From Balanoglossus misakiensis (taxonomy: Eukaryota > Animalia > Hemichordata), in the NCBI GenBank assembly GCA_040954595.2, contig CM082589.2:10800894-10864893 (forward strand): 64,000 bases of DNA. The letters run 5' to 3'. Position numbers and translations under genes: made by a program. The stretch's first letter is position 1, and the number at the start of each line of letters is the position of its first letter. The notes beneath the pieces were generated by a model. That model saw only the letters and a program-made list of their open reading frames with translations, ran no database searches and was not told the DNA's origin. Positions 14,026 through 26,247 of the stretch are shown in pieces.

Positions 14026-15552
14026 TTAATTGTATGGTTATGTTTACTTAACAATTTCTTTTAGACTATTTATGTAATAGAGAACCACCGACCCCGAGGT
14101 GGTTCTTGGTTTCGAATTGCCGAGGGCCGCAGGCCCGAGGCGATTGGAAACCAAGAACCACTGAGGGGGAGGTGGTTCTCTAACTTAAACCACGACCCCC
14201 CACAGACATTGTCACCATTGGAGCTTCGTGTACCACAAAGACGTCGTTTTACTCAACGATTCAATAAAATGAACGAACAAAAGCTTATCAAAAGAGGCTT
14301 ATTCTTCATTGCTGACTGTGAAATTTGGTTGGCCACCCCTTTTCCTATAAATGAATCATGTCGTGGGCAGGTAGTTCTAGACCGCCCTGCTGGGCCTTAC
14401 AAGATCGCCCACGCTTGACAGGTGTTACTCTAAATGTTCATGCTTACGTGTCAGAGTGATATGCTAATTTCAAACACTAATTTGCATCAAATTAAACTTT
14501 ACAGGTGTGTTACGTAGTGTATTATGGGAAGCGTTACAGCTATTGGGGTTTTGCGTGCACATGGTAAGCTTACGCGAAAATTTTCTAGGCCAAATGCAGA
14601 AGGCCTACATGTAAGTGTCACGTTTTTTTTTATTTTCCTTCAAATGTCCATGAAATCGATCTGAAGATACATGTAGTTCCGATCTATATCATCTGCGAAA
14701 ACAAGCGGCTACATGTTGGTAAAGCAAAAACCGGGTAACAATGCTCTACATGGTACTACTGCCCGTCTGTGTATTGGCCTCCCTGGCTTTTGAACGAACC
14801 ACTCTCTACGAGCCACAGCGGCAACACGTCTGTATGGTAGCGATATTGGTGAGTAACTCATCTGCGAAAAGACTTGATACCGAAGTGAATCCGTCCGACA
14901 TTACAAACACACGTCTGGTGTACAGCAACAAAAAGTAAGCAGAATTTTGCAAGGTACGCGGGTTTTAGGCCTAAAACAGCCAACCTTGTTACATGTCGGT
15001 AGTGAAGCAAAATCGAAGTGAAGCATCTGGTTAGAGTAATGCAAGCAAATCTGGGGATAATGTGATTTAGTATAATTTTCTAGAAATTTGTAGTTAATTT
15101 ATTGCAACGTTAGTTTGTTTCTGGTGAATTGATTTTTGTCTATTTTATACTTTTATTATCATGTTATGAAGACTCTCGAGAGCCACCAAGACATTAGCTT
15201 TGTACGTCAGTAGACAAAACTGTGAATGTGAAGCATTGAATGAAATGATCCGGAGACTGTCGCATATCCAGTTCGCTTTCAATCAACATAACAATTACTC
15301 TATTCAAATGAAATGTACTTTGAATACAGGTATAGAAGTAAATGTAATTATGCAAATAAAGCATTGTGTATTTGTATTTTTGTTACGACAGGTGAGACTG
15401 AGTCCTGCGGTAGTTCTAGAACCCCCGGAGGTAGTTCTAGAACTACCCGGGACTTGGTTTTAAACCTGTGGTTTTGTGTGAGACGGAGGTTCTCTCAGTG
15501 AATGACTTGTCTATTGAATAGTGTGACGTCACGATCGTGGTTTAATTGTATG
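14026..15552. mobile_element. Crypton-like non-autonomous element
   Basis: 11-bp direct repeat ttaattgtatg at both ends, ~100-bp hairpin at 14079-14181, inverted ttaaaccacga / tcgtggtttaa at ~14185 and ~15535. Confidence 0.5.
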
Positions 15553-15623
15553 ATCATCTCCTTTGCAACTAAAGACTACTTTTGAACTGTCAGCATAAAT
15601 TCTGATCCTCAAAGAATTTTGTA

Positions 15624-15814
15624 CTGTAAACAGGAAATTTTCGCGAGCGATACATTTTTGCGAACTATGCGAGAGCCAAAAAAACGCGAAAATAAACAAG
15701 TTGTGTCAAAATGTTTTTCGAAGATAACAATGCCGTGAAATATGAGAATGCGAAAATCAATCATCGCATAACAGTTGCCACTTTTGATATCATGAAAAAT
15801 TTCCTGTTTTACAG
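15624..15814. mobile_element. TA-flanked MITE family B (Tc1/mariner-type)
   Basis: ta-CTGTAAA...TTTACAG-ta. Confidence 0.8.
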
Positions 15815-16127
15815 TATGTCATAAATATAAATCAGAAACAAAACTGGGCCAAGTATTTTAAGAATCTGGCATCTGTCACACTGATAGTTTGAGCTTAGAG
15901 AATCATAATATGCGGTTCTTGGAATTTTCGGGTGTGATAAATGTCGTTTCAAAATTTTTACATTTGATTTATACTAATACAAACATTGTTTTATACATGT
16001 ACATTGGATACTCACTGTTGGTGAAGTAATTTTATCATCAATGAAATTTCGTCAACTTGATGAGCTGAATCTTTATGACCATTCATCACACAAACATACT
16101 CTTTCTTTTTATTTTAATGATATTCAG

Positions 16128-16252
16128 GAACATGTGGTGGTTTGGAAACTGGTGAATCGGGGACCTTTCACAGCACTGGATACCCAGATGATAATTATTA
16201 CATTCTACAAGAATGTATTTGGACAATCCAGGGACCTGCAACATCCAGAATA
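16128..16252 (+). CDS. Exon, CUB1 first half (GTCGG...GYPDDNY...ECIWTI), donor lost
   Basis: ttcag| acceptor; frame runs into TAA at 16265 with no phase-0 GT. Confidence 0.8.
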
Positions 16253-16554
16253 AGTGCTCACTTGTAAACTGTCAAATTCCAAAACCAGTTATTTTTTACA
16301 GTAAAACTTGCATAAACCACTAACTCTGTCTAATCTGGAAACCTGCCTATACAAAACACCTTTTCCCGTCCATTCGACATACAAACACTTTAAAAAAAAA
16401 AACAGACACATGTATTAGATTTAAATTCATTTCAACTAAAAAAAAATAATTTGATTTTTTTCTTCCTTATAACAAACATGATTTTTGGTAAACTTTTGAA
16501 TTAAAGGGCCATTATCTATAACTTCAGGCTAGTTTATCAATAATTTTGTTTTGT

Positions 16555-17218
16555 GTTTATTACACCTCACGTATTATACCGTTTTCGTGATTGGCTGAGA
16601 CGCGCTCACGTGATATAGAAAAAAAAGTGATATAACATGGCTAGAGTTGATAAAGCCCTGTCGCGTGCGCTGATATTGCCCGCTTGGTTGTTTTGGTGTT
16701 CTGGGCACGACTTCTGCGCGTTCCAAACTGTCATTCAATGGCTTCCTTCACGATCAGTCAACTCCCGCATCTATATGGCTTCAAAGCGACACACAGGCTT
16801 AACACCTGTTCTACTGGATGATATTTTACTGCAAACGGGCAGTAAATACACCAAAATCGCAACCAACAGCGCAGTATTTTCAAAATAATCTAAGTTCGAA
16901 GTAGGTATCGTATAATTCTTGGGAGATCGAGACATTTTACATTCTCAGCAACGTACGACATATGGACGCGAGTCTACATGCTACATGCTGCAGTGTATGT
17001 ACGTTCAAATGTTCGGCGTAATAAAATTAATAACACATTATGCTCGGGCAACATCACGATTTGAAGCCTGCCCTCGGGCTGGTGATCTCTGACCAAAATA
17101 TTGATGATACCCTCGCCTGCGGCTCGGGCATCATCAATATTATGGTCAGAGATCACCATCCCTCATGCAGGCTTCAAATCGTGATATTGCCCTCGCTATC
17201 ATGTGTTATTATTTAAAT
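16555..17218. mobile_element. Crypton-like non-autonomous element
   Basis: gattggctgagacgcgctcacgtgat near one end and a ~180-bp terminal palindrome (17030-17212) with cctcgcctgcggctcggg loop. Confidence 0.55.
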
Positions 17219-17577
17219 TAAACACTTTTTCTTGTTCCTCTCCTCATGAGTAACCCATCACACCCAGCTCTCTGCTTGTCAACGAGTCATGTGTATGTGT
17301 ACTGACTGTTGTTATTATTTACGAATGTTTTCAAACAACAACAATGCCGATTGTGCCCTCATAGGTTTTGTTGAGAAGTTAAGACTATGGATTTAACTCT
17401 GCCCTGCGTAGCTGAACAAGAAACTATAATTGATACACAGAATAGAAATACTGAAAAATGCAAAAAGTTACAGCTAATGGGGCTTAAGTCATGAAACTGT
17501 GTTTATTTTCATGTATATTGGCTTGAGACAGCTCACTATTTATGATGTGTGTTGTGACATTTTTTTATTCTTTTCAG

Positions 17578-17779
17578 TTTCTACATTTTGACACTGAACT
17601 TTATCATGATACTGTTGTCATTGTCGAGGTGTCTGTGTTTGACCCATCCAAAGTTCTTGCCACATACAGTGGACCGGACCAGCCTGATGAAGTTATTAGC
17701 AGTGGTAATGCAATGTTGGTGAAATTTCTCTCAGATAGTTCGCATACTGCTACTGGCTTTGAAGCATCTTGGCAAGCAG
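17578..17779 (+). CDS. Exon, CUB1 second half (FLHFDTE...FLSDSSHTATGFEASW)
   Basis: ttttcag|...|gtaata; CUB motifs. Confidence 0.9.
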
Positions 17780-18072
17780 GTAATACCAAGTTTTATACAT
17801 AATGTAAAACTGGAAATTTTCGCAAACGATAAATTTTCGCGAACTACACATAAACTTTGCATGTGTGGACACAAGGCAACTAAAAGCATTAATGCTCTGT
17901 GTTTACCTTAGGCAAATAGTGTCTCTGAAACGTTTCGAATTTTACCCTACGTGAACCTGGTATAACATTATAGATTGCACATGTAGGCAATATTTGCCCT
18001 ACCTCGACTGTGATCTTGCTGATGTCCTGTTTGTGAAGTGTTTCTGTTAAGATGACTTCTTCTTTCTTTCAG

Positions 18073-18224
18073 TGTATTCTTTGTGTGGTGGGAATTTCAT
18101 AGCACAGTCATATAAACAGAATCTCAGCAGTACAGAATATTTTGAAGGCAAGAATTATCTCAACAATGAAGATTGTAACTGACAGCTGGCATCATTCACA
18201 ACAGAATTTGTTGTCACTTTACAG
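18073..18224 (+). CDS. Exon, CUB2 first half with in-frame TGA
   Basis: LCGGNF...NYLNNEDCN*QL; ag/gt boundaries. Confidence 0.85.
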
Positions 18225-18593
18225 GTAGTGGATTCAGATGCAATTAATCGTGTGAGTTGTTTTACAGCATGACAAAAATTAGTAATTATATTTTTAAAAA
18301 TACATTTTATTTTTGTCATTTCTGGTCAATTCTCAGTAGTCACTTTTCCGATTTCTTAAAATTTGGTTTACAAGGACCTACAATATTTGTTATTATGGTG
18401 TACATAAACATGTGACAAATATCAATACTGGGGAGGAGGGGGGTGGGTAGTTTTAGACATTTTTGGTCCAAAAGTCCACTTATGTCAGAAACGGCTCTTC
18501 CAGTTGTTTTGGATTTTGGTTTATTGGGATGTGAAAATATTCTTTATCAGATGTATTCTTATATTACCTCATCAATGCTAAAGGTGTCCTTAT

Positions 18594-18869
18594 AGGGACG
18601 AAGTCTCTCTCTCTCGCTGCCCTTTTCCCATTAATTATGTTTGATACAAGACACCGTTTATGTTATTCTACATGAGGATATATAGTGAATCAACATTCGA
18701 CCACACACACCTTCCATCCCATTTTTAGGATATGAGAGTAAAAATCTCGCCAAAAATGAAGCGGGATGGAATGTTGATTCACTATATATCCACATCTAGA
18801 ATAACATAAACGATAATCAAACGATAATTAATGGAAAAGGGGCAGCGAGAGAGAGAGAGACTTTGCCCC
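18594..18869. mobile_element. Palindromic MITE family A copy
   Basis: agggacgaagtctctct...agagactttgcccc-ttaa. Confidence 0.8.
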
Positions 18870-18984
18870 TTAATGGTTTTGTGTAGGAAATTGTGATCAC
18901 TATGATTGTACGGTATGTCACATTTAAATGTACATATCAAATGGGAGCAAAGTGTCTTTGATGCTATTTTTTATATCTTTTCCG

Positions 18985-19186
18985 TTTATCTCCTTTGCAA
19001 CAGAAGATGGGGCTGATCAAGTGTCTGTATACGATGGCGCTGAACTGAATCCTGCCCTCAGACTTGCTTTATTTTCTGGGATGGAGTTACCCAATGTCAT
19101 CATATCTTCCAAAAGTATGATGAGAGTTGACATTAAGAGTGATGATGCAGTTACAATGAGAGGTTTTCATGTACATTACTGGGCAG
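18985..19186 (+). CDS. Exon, CUB2 second half (FISFATEDGADQVSVYDG...GFHVHYW), acceptor mutated
   Basis: Polypyrimidine tract ends ttccg rather than ttcag; donor gtaggt; same 202-nt length as the CUB1 exon. Confidence 0.85.
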
Positions 19187-19271
19187 GTAGGTAACGCATT
19201 CAAATTGATCAAGACGTTGTTTGAATGAAGAGGCAATCAAGGATTCATGATGCAAGAGAACAATGTTTTAA

Positions 19272-19620
19272 AGGGACAAACACTCTCTCTCGCTACCCTT
19301 TTTCCAGGAATTATGATGATACAATACAGCGTTTATGTTATTCTACATGTGGATATATATTAAAACAACGTTTGACCACAAACAACTTCCATCCCACTTG
19401 TAGACACAAGAGTGAAAAAACTCGCCAAAATGAATAATTGGTCTCTACCGTTTATTCATTTTGGCAATATTTTTACTCTCATATCCTACAAACGGGATGG
19501 AAGTTGTGCGTGGTTGAATGTTGATTCACTATATATCCACATGTAGAATAACATAAACAGTGTCTTGTATCAAACATAGTTAATGGAAAAAGGGCAGCGA
19601 GTGAGAGAAACTTTGTCCCT
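19272..19620. mobile_element. Palindromic MITE family A, full copy with TTAA TSD
   Basis: ttaa-AGGGACAAA...TTTGTCCCT-ttaa. Confidence 0.9.
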
Positions 19621-19997
19621 TTAAATCACTTAAAATCATTCCCAAAGAATTTCAACCCAGTAAGAATTGTAAGGATCACAGATCTATCTTCTTTTGCCAT
19701 TCTTTCTGGAAGTTTATAATATAAGCTAATCTGATACTGGGTCATTATGAAACTTTTTAACAGAAAAAATAACAAAATGTGAAAAAAGTTAAATGAGTTT
19801 AATTTGATAACTACATGTATAACGACAGAAAGGTTTGACCTAAGGAAGTCATATACAGTTAACAGTCATTTCTTCTGTCGCGTACGACTTTTTATCCAGA
19901 AGGCAATTATTATGTGATTTGATCCCCTAGCACAAAATAAAAGGCAGCCAGGATTACACCAAACCTGTGGATTGAATTCATTATTCCTTGTTTGGTA

Positions 19998-20747
19998 TTT
20001 TTAGCTTGGCTGTCACTTGTGTCAGCCAAGCTGTAGCAGTAGGTTGATAAGTGTCCGTCTGTCGTCCGGCGTCCGTTGTCCGTCGTCCGTCAACTTTCGG
20101 TATTTCAATCTTCTTCGTTAAAACGACATTGCATATTTAGCTATAATTTGGTAGGAATGTGTGTTATGGTGCCCCTACCTGATTTTGTAAATTTGGATTT
20201 GATGGGGTCATAAATATGCAAATTAGATCTAAAATAGAATGTTGGTCAAACATTTTCTTCTCCCTAACTACATGTACGATGGAGCTGAAATTTGGCAGGA
20301 ATGTGTGTTATGGTGCCCCTACCTGATTTCATAAATTTGGATATGATCGGGTCATGAATATGCAAATTAGATCTAAAAATATAATTTTTGGTAAAAAATC
20401 TTCTTCTCCCTAACTACATGTACGATGGAGCTGAAATTTGGTAGAATGTGTGTTATGGTGCCCCTACCTGATTTTGTTTTATTGGAATTTTGATCGGGTC
20501 ATGAATATGCAAATTAGTACCTTGGTACTTCCTTTTGATGTTGTTCTTTAGGAATAAATTCTTTCTTTCTTTAGCACAATGAATCAGGCTGAATGTGGAT
20601 ATTAAATACTTGTGATGTCTATGTTTGGTTTTGTTTAATAGAATACAATTGTTATGATTAAAACCTAGGGTATTCATATCATTGCCCAGCTATAGGTTTC
20701 ACTGTTAAAGTCAGCAGAGCTCTTTTGACCGATAGGTCACTTGTTTC
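19998..20747 (+). mobile_element. Non-autonomous Helentron (HINE/DINE-1-like)
   Basis: T-run then hairpin agcttggctg..cagccaagct, GTCY microsatellite, three ~145-bp internal tandem repeats, 3' stem tgacc..ggtca before a T-rich end. Confidence 0.7.
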
Positions 20748-20754
20748 TTTAAAG

Positions 20755-20939
20755 GTTGCCAGGGAATTGAAATTCTGCGTAGTTTTGGCACGATTCAGTC
20801 ACCAGGGTATGATGTTAGCACTTACCCTGATGATGTTATGTGTAGCTGGTTAATCAAGGAACCAACTGGAAGACCATTAACTCTTATCTTTGATGAGAAC
20901 TTTGGATTAGAGAGGAACACAGATGTTGATTACATCATT
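20755..20939 (+). CDS. Exon, CUB3 first half (GCQG...IQSPGY...YPDDVMCSWLI)
   Basis: aaag|...|gtgagt; SPGY and CxW motifs. Confidence 0.9.
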
Positions 20940-21106
20940 GTGAGTATCAGATATGATCATGAGTCAGCCATGTTAAAAATATTTGTCATATTAAAAAATT
21001 TGTCATATTATTTTGCAGTGATTTTAGTTTGACAATTTTGGCAGACATTACTTCAAACTATACAACTTTGGAACACAATTTGGAAATTTAATTAATCACA
21101 TATATA

Positions 21107-21555
21107 CTGTAAAACGGGATACTTTTGCAACATGAAATTTTCGCGTTATCAAAAGAGGCAAGTGTTATGCAACAATAACTTTTCACGTTCTTGTATTTCA
21201 CTGCATCATTATCCCCGAAAAACATTTTTACGCAACTTTTTATTTTCATGTTTTGATGGCTCTCACGTAGATCGCGAAAATTTATTGTTTGCGAACATTT
21301 CCCATTTTACAGTATGTTGAGTAGCTGTTACAGCAGGAAATGCAACAAGGATTGAATACTATAAAATTTTCGTGAACGATAAATTTTCGTAAACTATGTG
21401 AGAGCCAAAAAATATGAAAATAAAAAGTCGCTTAAAATGCTTCAGAGATAACAATGCAGTAAAATATGCCAATGTGAAAATTAATTGTCGCGTAACAGTA
21501 GCCACCTTTGATATCGCGAAAATTTCCTGTTGTGAAGATTTCCCGTTTTACGGTA
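21107..21555. mobile_element. Two adjacent MITE family B copies (21107-21312 and ~21360-21553)
   Basis: ta-CTGTAAAA...TTTTACAG-ta plus a degenerate second copy. Confidence 0.75.
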
Positions 21556-21592
21556 TTTACAATGCATGCTTAATTTGTCTTTGTTTCTGAAG

Positions 21593-21776
21593 GTATACAA
21601 TGGTACTGAGAGTGATGATGATGTCATTATTGGTCCATGGAGTGGCAATTCTGATGGAGTCATTGATGGCACAGTGCCACCACCCGATTGCCGTACAGAC
21701 ATTGGACACTTTTCGGTTGTGTTCAGGAGTAGTAGAACACTACCAGCTAAAGGATTCAGGGCTTCATTTTCACCAG
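21593..21776 (+). CDS. Exon, CUB3 second half (VYNG...FRSSRTLPAKGFRASFS)
   Basis: gaag|...|gtacac. Confidence 0.9.
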
Positions 21777-21785
21777 GTACACATA

Positions 21786-21992
21786 CTGTAAAACACTTTA
21801 TTTTCACGAGTTGAAATTTTTCGCGACATCGAGAGAGGCCACTGTTTCGCCAGTATTAATTTTCGCGTTCTCTTATTTCATTCATTGCATCTTTATCTTC
21901 AAAAAAATTACGCAACTTTTTATTTTCACGCTATTTTGGCTCTCGCGTATTTCGCGAAAATCTCTTGCTCGCGAAAATAAAGTGTTTTACAG
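21786..21992. mobile_element. MITE family B copy
   Basis: ta-CTGTAAAACACTTTATTTTC...GAAAATAAAGTGTTTTACAG-ta. Confidence 0.85.
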
Positions 21993-22213
21993 TAACTTAC
22001 TAACATTTCAGAAAAAGTTGTTACAGAATTCTTAGAAACACACTCTCCCTTTATTCCTTGTGATTTAGAGTCATTAATTGAAAGGTGCAAATGTTTTTGA
22101 ATTTTTACGAAACTTCAAAGAGCTGGAAAAACAGAGACAGTAATTTCTTACAATTGCAATGCAATTTTGGACCATTGACAGGAATGGCAACACTCTTGTA
22201 TCACACTCAATAA

Positions 22214-22437
22214 AGTGATGGGGTCGTCGCACTGCGTTTGTTTGTTTATAAACATTGCAATTCATCCACAAATCCCTGAAATTAGACAGCCACGACCTAC
22301 TAGGATCTTCAGTTGCTGTCATGGACAGTCTAGGATACTGTCAGCTGCTTCGTTCATTCTAAGAATTATCTTATTTGAGGGATTTGTGGATGAATTGTAA
22401 TGTTTATAAACAAACGCATTGCGACGACCCCTTCACT
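22214..22437. mobile_element. Palindromic MITE family C (AGTGA..TCACT-ttaa)
   Basis: ~65-bp IRs ggggtcgtcgc...tccacaaatccct / agggatttgtgga...gcgacgacccc. Confidence 0.8.
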
Positions 22438-22512
22438 TTAAAACAACTGACATTTATGAGTTTAAGTATTTGTCTGCATGCATTCTTATCATTGTGATCC
22501 TTGTTCTGACAG

Positions 22513-22566
22513 ACTGTCCCGAAATTGTGATTAGTGAGGGCGTGGTGACCAGTACAGAGATAGAAG
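22513..22566 (+). CDS. Exon, start of a Sushi domain (DCPEIVISEGVVTSTEIE)
   Basis: acag|...|gtatga, phase 1/1. Confidence 0.65.
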
Positions 22567-22858
22567 GTATGATGTCTCTGTCTCATTCCAATGCTCGGAC
22601 GGTTATCCAGTAGTTAAAGGGGATGTCCGGTCTAGCTGATATCTACATAATTTTGTAGCTTTGAGGTCACTCTTTCAGGAAAAAAAAAACATTTTCGCCG
22701 TGTATAAGTCGTACCAGCTATGCAAATATGCCTAGCCTGGTGTCTTGTATCCAAGATAATTAATGAAAAAAGTGCAGTGATGAGAGAGACTTAATTTGTC
22801 TCTTGAATCTATTGTTAGCAACAACTTGAATGACACTAATTTGTTGTTTATTTTTTAG

Positions 22859-23038
22859 GAATAACATGTGGTGGACCCCCTGAGTGCAGCAATGGAATTC
22901 TTACCAATGTTACCAGTACAGTGTATGGTGGCATTGCTTATTATCAATGCATTGAGGGCTATCAGTTTATAAATAATGTGTCTCCATTGGAATGCCAAGC
23001 AGATGGTGTCTGGGGTCCACTTGTGCCCCAATGCGAGC
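22859..23038 (+). CDS. Exon, Sushi/CCP domain
   Basis: ITCGGPP...YQCIEGY...CQADGVW...PQCE. Confidence 0.9.
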
Positions 23039-23141
23039 GTAAGTTGATATTTTTGAAAACAATTAAACTGCCATTGTAGTGCACACTTAGGAGACGGATT
23101 TTCAGAAAAATGTTAGTCCTCTGAACCTTTCAGTGCTTTAA

Positions 23142-23441
23142 AGCCACTAGAGCTGCCACTTTTTGCATTTATTTTCAGATTTTATTTTCCGACGTAGATT
23201 GGTACATTGAAATAATTAAGCTTACTGATAGGGATACAAGAACATGTCATCAATGCCTGATTGTGGCTGTATGTTGCAATTTAAACGTGCAATGTATTAA
23301 ACAGGTGCCGTACCCATTTTATTAAAATCAGCCTCCATACAAACAGTATGCAGCTAGCTATCGTGGTATGCATCACCATAGATTTGAAAGGTTTTACTGT
23401 GGAAAAGAAAAAAATTGTGAAATTTGGCAGCTCTAGAGGCT
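23142..23441. mobile_element. TTAA-flanked MITE (Kolobok-like AG..CT)
   Basis: ttaa-AGCCACTAGAGCTGCCA...TGGCAGCTCTAGAGGCT-ttaa. Confidence 0.85.
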
Positions 23442-23742
23442 TTAAAGTGTGTGATGAGTCGTTTTGAAAACAAAGTATAACACAGGGTGTTCACTGTCAT
23501 GTTTTCATAAAAATCACTGACTCAAGTTGAAATTCTCTCCATAGCGTTATGATGGGGCACTTTGTGCTGGTTGCTACATTCCACATGGGTGTCTAATTGG
23601 GACATTACACACTGAATGTTAAACCAGACACTGGTAACTTGAAAATATGCAGGATTGTGAGGGTTACTGCTACATGTCCCTTTAAACCATTTTCCTAGTA
23701 TTAACACACTTGTAATGTTATCTGTTCATCTTATCCAAACAG

Positions 23743-23925
23743 CTCGCGAGTGTCCACCACCGAATGTAGACAACTACTTATCATATGAAATTGTTAATGG
23801 TGATTCATTGATTTTTGGAACAACCATTGCCTACTCATGTCCATCTGGCTACAGTCTGACTGGCTACACTGTCTCTACATGTGGTGAAGATGGATCATGG
23901 ATTGGAGATCCAGGATACTGTCAAC
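23743..23925 (+). CDS. Exon, Sushi/CCP domain
   Basis: ECPPP...YSCPSGYSLTG...CGEDGSW...YCQ. Confidence 0.92.
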
Positions 23926-24235
23926 GTAAGTCATTTAAGGATGTACATTCAGTAAAATTGAAAATATGGTCATTTCTTTTAATTGTTAATTTTTGGATTA
24001 TCCTATGTATGTATAATGAAAATTTGTGATAAAATATAGGGGTCACCACGCTTGTTTTTGAAATACAGAGTCATGAATTTAGTCGATAATTGAAAAAAAG
24101 GAGTCAATGGTATCTGGACTTTTATAGTGGGAACTTGGGGTGAAAATGTTAAAGTTGTGACAGAATACAGATACCCAATATATATACCACAATCAAGTCT
24201 GCATCCACATAGTGTTTTATTTTTTTTACTTGCAG

Positions 24236-24418
24236 GATTGAACTGCAGTGATATACTCATAACAGACCCACATCTACAAGCTGTCCCTGATAGTGGACCA
24301 TATTATATGGGCAGTAACATCACATTCTATTGTAATGCTGGCTATGAATTAAATGGTGCTGATTACCTGACTTGTCAATCCGATTTACAGTGGAATAGTG
24401 CAATACCATCATGCATTG
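24236..24418 (+). CDS. Exon, Sushi/CCP domain
   Basis: LNCSD...FYCNAGYELNG...CQSDLQWNSAIPSCI. Confidence 0.92.
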
Positions 24419-24896
24419 GTAAGTTCACATCAAGATTGGTCTTCATGTGGTTGTCTGCTTATGAGGTACCGTAATCGATCACTCCAGTAATTTGACTATT
24501 TATCATAAATGTCACCTAAACTACATGCTGATAGGACATACAGTTCATGCCATGCAAATCTATGGCTGTCAGAAATTTCATGATTTTCGTAATTTTATTT
24601 TTCATTGATTACTGTAAAACAGGAAATTTTCGCGACAAAGAAATTTTTTGCGATATCAAAAGCAGAAACTGTTATGAGACGATTAATTTTCATGTTCTCG
24701 TATTTCACTACATTGTTATCACTGAAAATAGTTTTTTACGCAAAAATGTCTTTTTTTTTTTGGCTCTTGCATAGTTCGCGAAAATTTGTTTGTGAAAATT
24801 TCCTGTTGGTCTGGTGGTTCCCAGCTAAACTTGTTGGTCTGAATTTACCAGCGGACCTGTGGGATTTTGATCATATCTTGATAAATAACATTTCAG

Positions 24897-25025
24897 ATAT
24901 CAATGAATGTAGTACATTGGTGGCACGGTGTGGAATCAATCAAGTCTGTGAAAATAGAGATGGTGACTATCAGTGTGCATGTTTGGTGGGATTTGAACCA
25001 GATGTGAATGGAACAGCATGCAAAG
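24897..25025 (+). CDS. Exon, calcium-binding EGF domain
   Basis: DINEC...CENRDGDYQCACLVGF...CK. Confidence 0.92.
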
Positions 25026-25546
25026 GTGAGACATAATCAAGTCACTTGCAACATAACTTCAAGTCACTATTTTCACATTTAACACATTCCGAACTTATTT
25101 CAGAATTCCGGATAAATTTTTGGAATGACCTTTTAATCTCAGGTGTCTTTTTCTCATAGGATTACATTGATAATTGCTAGAAAACAAACTTCTACTATTG
25201 TCATTTTCACGAAATTTTACACATAGCTCAGTCTAGTAAATATAAATTCATTGGTCAAATAAAATTGTGTGATTACAATGCTCTATTTTGAGATAAATTT
25301 CTTTAAGGTTTTTGTCCATAGACAAACCATTGGTGAACCATGCTGAGTCAGCAGGTTTCTTCTATTATCAACTAAATTAATGGCCTTGTATTTCAAAAGC
25401 AAGCAAGGTGACGCCTTTATTTTATCACAGATTCATCTTGTACGTACACAAGATAATCCCAAAATTCACGATTAAAAGAAATGACAATACTTTCAATTTT
25501 ACTGAACGTACATTGTTTTAATCCAATCCATGTTCCTTCTTTGTAG

Positions 25547-25732
25547 ATATAAATGAATGTGCTTCACATTCTTGTGATCAACTTTGTAAAAACACTGCAG
25601 GTGGTTTTCAATGTTCCTGTGAAGAAGGCTATCTCTTATATGCAAATAACGGCACAGGTGGATTCTATCTGCCACCTGGAGAAACTGGTCTCTCAATGTA
25701 TGATGTCTACACTTTTAACCAATCATGTGTTC
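25547..25732 (+). CDS. Exon, calcium-binding EGF domain with Uif-type insert
   Basis: DINECASHSCDQLCKNTAGGFQCSCEEGYLLYANNGTGGFYLPPGETGLSMYDVYTFNQSCV. Confidence 0.92.
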
Positions 25733-25761
25733 GTAAGTATCATGTTAAACTATAGAGTTAA

Positions 25762-25946
25762 AGGTATATGATCACCCATGGAAAATTAGCTATATATAGT
25801 TACCATGGAAAATTGAAATCTAGCCAATCACAGATTTTCATTTGGTGGCACACGTGGAAAACAGGCGCCACCATATGTTCTTTAGAATGCTCAAATACGC
25901 CATTCAGCCATATATGGGAATGTGTATTGAAGGTGACTGTATACTT
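25762..25946. mobile_element. TTAA-flanked MITE
   Basis: ttaa-AGGTATATGATCACC...GGTGACTGTATACTT-ttaa. Confidence 0.7.
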
Positions 25947-26247
25947 TTAACCAAGATTTGTCATATTATTGACCTTTATACCGCAATGAATTTGCAGCAA
26001 CAAAAAGTGGACAAAAAGCTGAATTTCATAATTGGATTTTATAATTTTGCCGTAATTCAATAATGAAATGTGGAGAAAGTCAGCAGACCAACTTTGCACT
26101 GTTATTATTTATTTTGGATTTGTTTCCCTCCTGCTAACAAAAGTGTCCTCTCACCTCATGGCATGAAGATGCATTGAATTCTGAGAAAAAGGGGATTAAT
26201 ACTTGAGTGTATTTACAAAGACAAACAAGCTCACTGGTAGCATTTAA

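Larger units (their letters stand above)
6300..25732 (+). pseudogene. uif: Uninflatable-like multidomain extracellular protein gene (CLECT-CUB x3-Sushi-EGF), apparently disabled and 3'-incomplete
   Basis: 16 exons with mutually compatible phases; domain order and the EGF insert LYANNGTGGFYLPPGETG...NQSCV resemble Uninflatable as I recall it; lesions: lost donor ~16253, TGA at 18180, CG acceptor at 18983-18984. Confidence 0.7.

Noticed and set aside
18180-18182. TGA as selenocysteine or readthrough
   Set aside because: It replaces a conserved Trp by one substitution and co-occurs with splice-site lesions
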